From the sequence record OU343167.1: 64,000 bases of DNA, one strand, 5' to 3'. The notes beneath the pieces were generated by a model that did no database searches, was not told the DNA's origin, and was given only the letters and a program-made list of their open reading frames with translations. Below are positions 62,459-64,000 of the stretch, one piece after another (position 1 is the stretch's first letter; each line of letters opens with the position of its first letter). A program made the position numbers and the translations under genes.

Positions 62459-63019
62459 ATGCAATCCAACAGTATCCGTAATCAAATCCTCGTTATGACC
62501 GATGACCCTGCTACCAGCCTGGCTATTCGCAATGTGCTTTCTAATGGGTTGACATCTCTTGGTCTTAACCACGAAGTAATGCACACCGGTCGTGAAGACT
62601 ATGATAATCTTGATCCTGCTGTAATCTTGAGTAAGTTCAAAGAAGATGATTATCATCTAACTGTCAGTGAGCACGCTATTCATCCATGTGGCACTAAGGT
62701 GTCCCCACCTGTGAACAATGCGATCAACCCGCTCTGGAGTAAAGAACTCCGAATCTCCGTGCTGGGCGGTACCCATCGCGGTAAGTCGATCCTGTGTCAA
62801 GTGATTTACCACATTCTGGTACAACACCTGAAACTGATTGATGCTAACAAGTTCACTCTGCGTGATATCGACGGTCCTCGTTTCGCTTTCGAGAGTCCTC
62901 TTGATACAGAGCATTGGCCTGCGGCAGCTGAAGCTATTAGTCGTTGGGGTATCGATCTGCGTTCGGTGTTCCTGGAATCTACCCAGAGTCTCGATCCGAT
63001 CCTGCGTCGGTCCATCTGA
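62459..63019 (+). CDS. Hypothetical protein with P-loop-like motif
   Basis: Start 62459 (GAAGGA RBS); GGTHRGKS; terminator 63025-63042. Confidence 0.6.
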   Translation: MQSNSIRNQILVMTDDPATSLAIRNVLSNGLTSLGLNHEVMHTGREDYDNLDPAVILSKFKEDDYHLTVSEHAIHPCGTKVSPPVNNAINPLWSKELRISVLGGTHRGKSILCQVIYHILVQHLKLIDANKFTLRDIDGPRFAFESPLDTEHWPAAAEAISRWGIDLRSVFLESTQSLDPILRRSI

Positions 63020-63069
63020 ATCACGGGGAGCTTCGGCTCCCCTTGTTCTTTATTTTTTTGTATTTAAAC

Positions 63070-63092
63070 GTTTTAAAAACCTACATTACCAA
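63070..63092 (+). promoter_or_regulatory. Putative early promoter AAAAACCTACATTAC
   Basis: TACATTAC variant with A tract, after a terminator. Confidence 0.5.
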
Positions 63093-63161
63093 TTTGATAT
63101 TCGTAGAGATATCATTCAAATACGTAAAGAAGATCATCGATAGTCCATAGAGGAATGTTCC

Positions 63162-63566
63162 ATGAATACCGAAATCCAAACCAGCGTACATATCACCATT
63201 CTGCAACGCATTGCAGAAGCTGTATTCGTTTACTATAATAACGCTTTCCGTCGTGAAGCTGCTAATGCCCTCCCCACTGTTGAGGTTGGTGACGCTACTG
63301 TTACCTTCCATCATCGCTCCGTTGATCGTCGCCTGAGCTATGTCGTTGCTGAGGTAAAGGTATCTGATCGTCTGTGGAACGTCGTACAGGAATATAGCTA
63401 TGGCGTCCCTGGTGGCATTGACTTCCAACTAGTTGGAGATACAGTTTCTGATGACATCATTTCGGATATGGAAGAAGTGAACAGTTTGTTTACAGAGGCA
63501 GTTGCATATTGTTCCTCTAACTTCGATCAATACGGTAAACCTATCACGGTTAAAACTAAAGTCTAA
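63162..63566 (+). CDS. Hypothetical protein
   Basis: GAGGA RBS. Confidence 0.7.
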   Translation: MNTEIQTSVHITILQRIAEAVFVYYNNAFRREAANALPTVEVGDATVTFHHRSVDRRLSYVVAEVKVSDRLWNVVQEYSYGVPGGIDFQLVGDTVSDDIISDMEEVNSLFTEAVAYCSSNFDQYGKPITVKTKV

Positions 63567-63602
63567 CTGTTTCTTCTAACCCTCATTGCAAGGATTTAAT
63601 TT

Positions 63603-63941
63603 ATGGATACCGATAAGCGTTATCAAGAGCTGTGGAAGAAAACAATAGTCATGGTTGTCACCGATACGGTCATGTCGCATCCAAGTTGCTTGGATAAAGA
63701 GCATGTACATTTCTGCGATGGGACGCAGGTGATAATCGGTGATACCAGTTTTGATCCGGAAGTAAAAACCTGGACAATCGCCGTAGGTACCGGTCCTGGT
63801 ATCCTTCACTTCGATGTGACCGTTCATGACGGTGGCGTAATAATTAATGACTACGCTAGTCGCGGTTGTATCGAATCTGCTGAGCTATACCGTGACTGTG
63901 CACAGGTTCTTGTGAAATGGGCCGAGTATGTAACTCGATAA
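63603..63941 (+). CDS. Hypothetical protein
   Basis: AAGGA RBS. Confidence 0.65.
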   Translation: MDTDKRYQELWKKTIVMVVTDTVMSHPSCLDKEHVHFCDGTQVIIGDTSFDPEVKTWTIAVGTGPGILHFDVTVHDGGVIINDYASRGCIESAELYRDCAQVLVKWAEYVTR

Positions 63942-63951
63942 GGAAAAAGTA

Positions 63952-64000
63952 ATGGATCAAGAATTCCATCGCCTTCGTCGTAATGAACTTTATATCCTTG
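63952..64000 (+). CDS. Start of a gene truncated by the window edge (MDQEFHRLRRNELYIL...)
   Basis: AAGGA RBS and ATG 10 nt after upstream stop. Confidence 0.5.
   Translation, partial: MDQEFHRLRRNELYIL

Overview
This window is a 64-kb segment of a phiKZ-like jumbo phage genome (Chimalliviridae-type, nucleus-forming lineage; a Pseudomonas/gammaproteobacterial host is inferred, not shown). The left end holds virion RNA polymerase subunits (phiKZ gp178- and gp180-like), a 2.2-kaa virion lytic transglycosylase (gp181-like) and a gp182-like structural gene. The minus-strand block at 18.7-29.5 kb holds a modular tail/virion protein, an SNF2 helicase interrupted by a class 3 (Ala-start, WCT) LAGLIDADG intein, and four tandem paralogous virion genes. 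The rest is + strand early/middle accessory and metabolic genes: tmk, dcd, thyA, NAD-dependent ligA, QueC-like, DprA/SLOG, macrodomain, SspB-like, CX5R phosphatase, AAA ATPase, an RNA-repair set (RlaP-type nucleotidyltransferase, RtcB, DRB0094-type ligase), and a Prs-like + NAMPT-like pair (NARP1-type NAD+ reconstitution). The most notable observations are (i) a Tad1-like signal-sponge domain behind an acidic, S-V-E-bearing extension at the end of the structural operon, a candidate virion-packaged anti-Thoeris/CBASS protein, (ii) a structured, ORF-free 270-nt intergenic region that looks like an unannotated ncRNA, and (iii) a broad NAD/ADPR and RNA-repair counter-defence repertoire. No rRNA, tRNA or CRISPR array was seen. 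All family assignments come from motif recognition by eye; no database searches were run.
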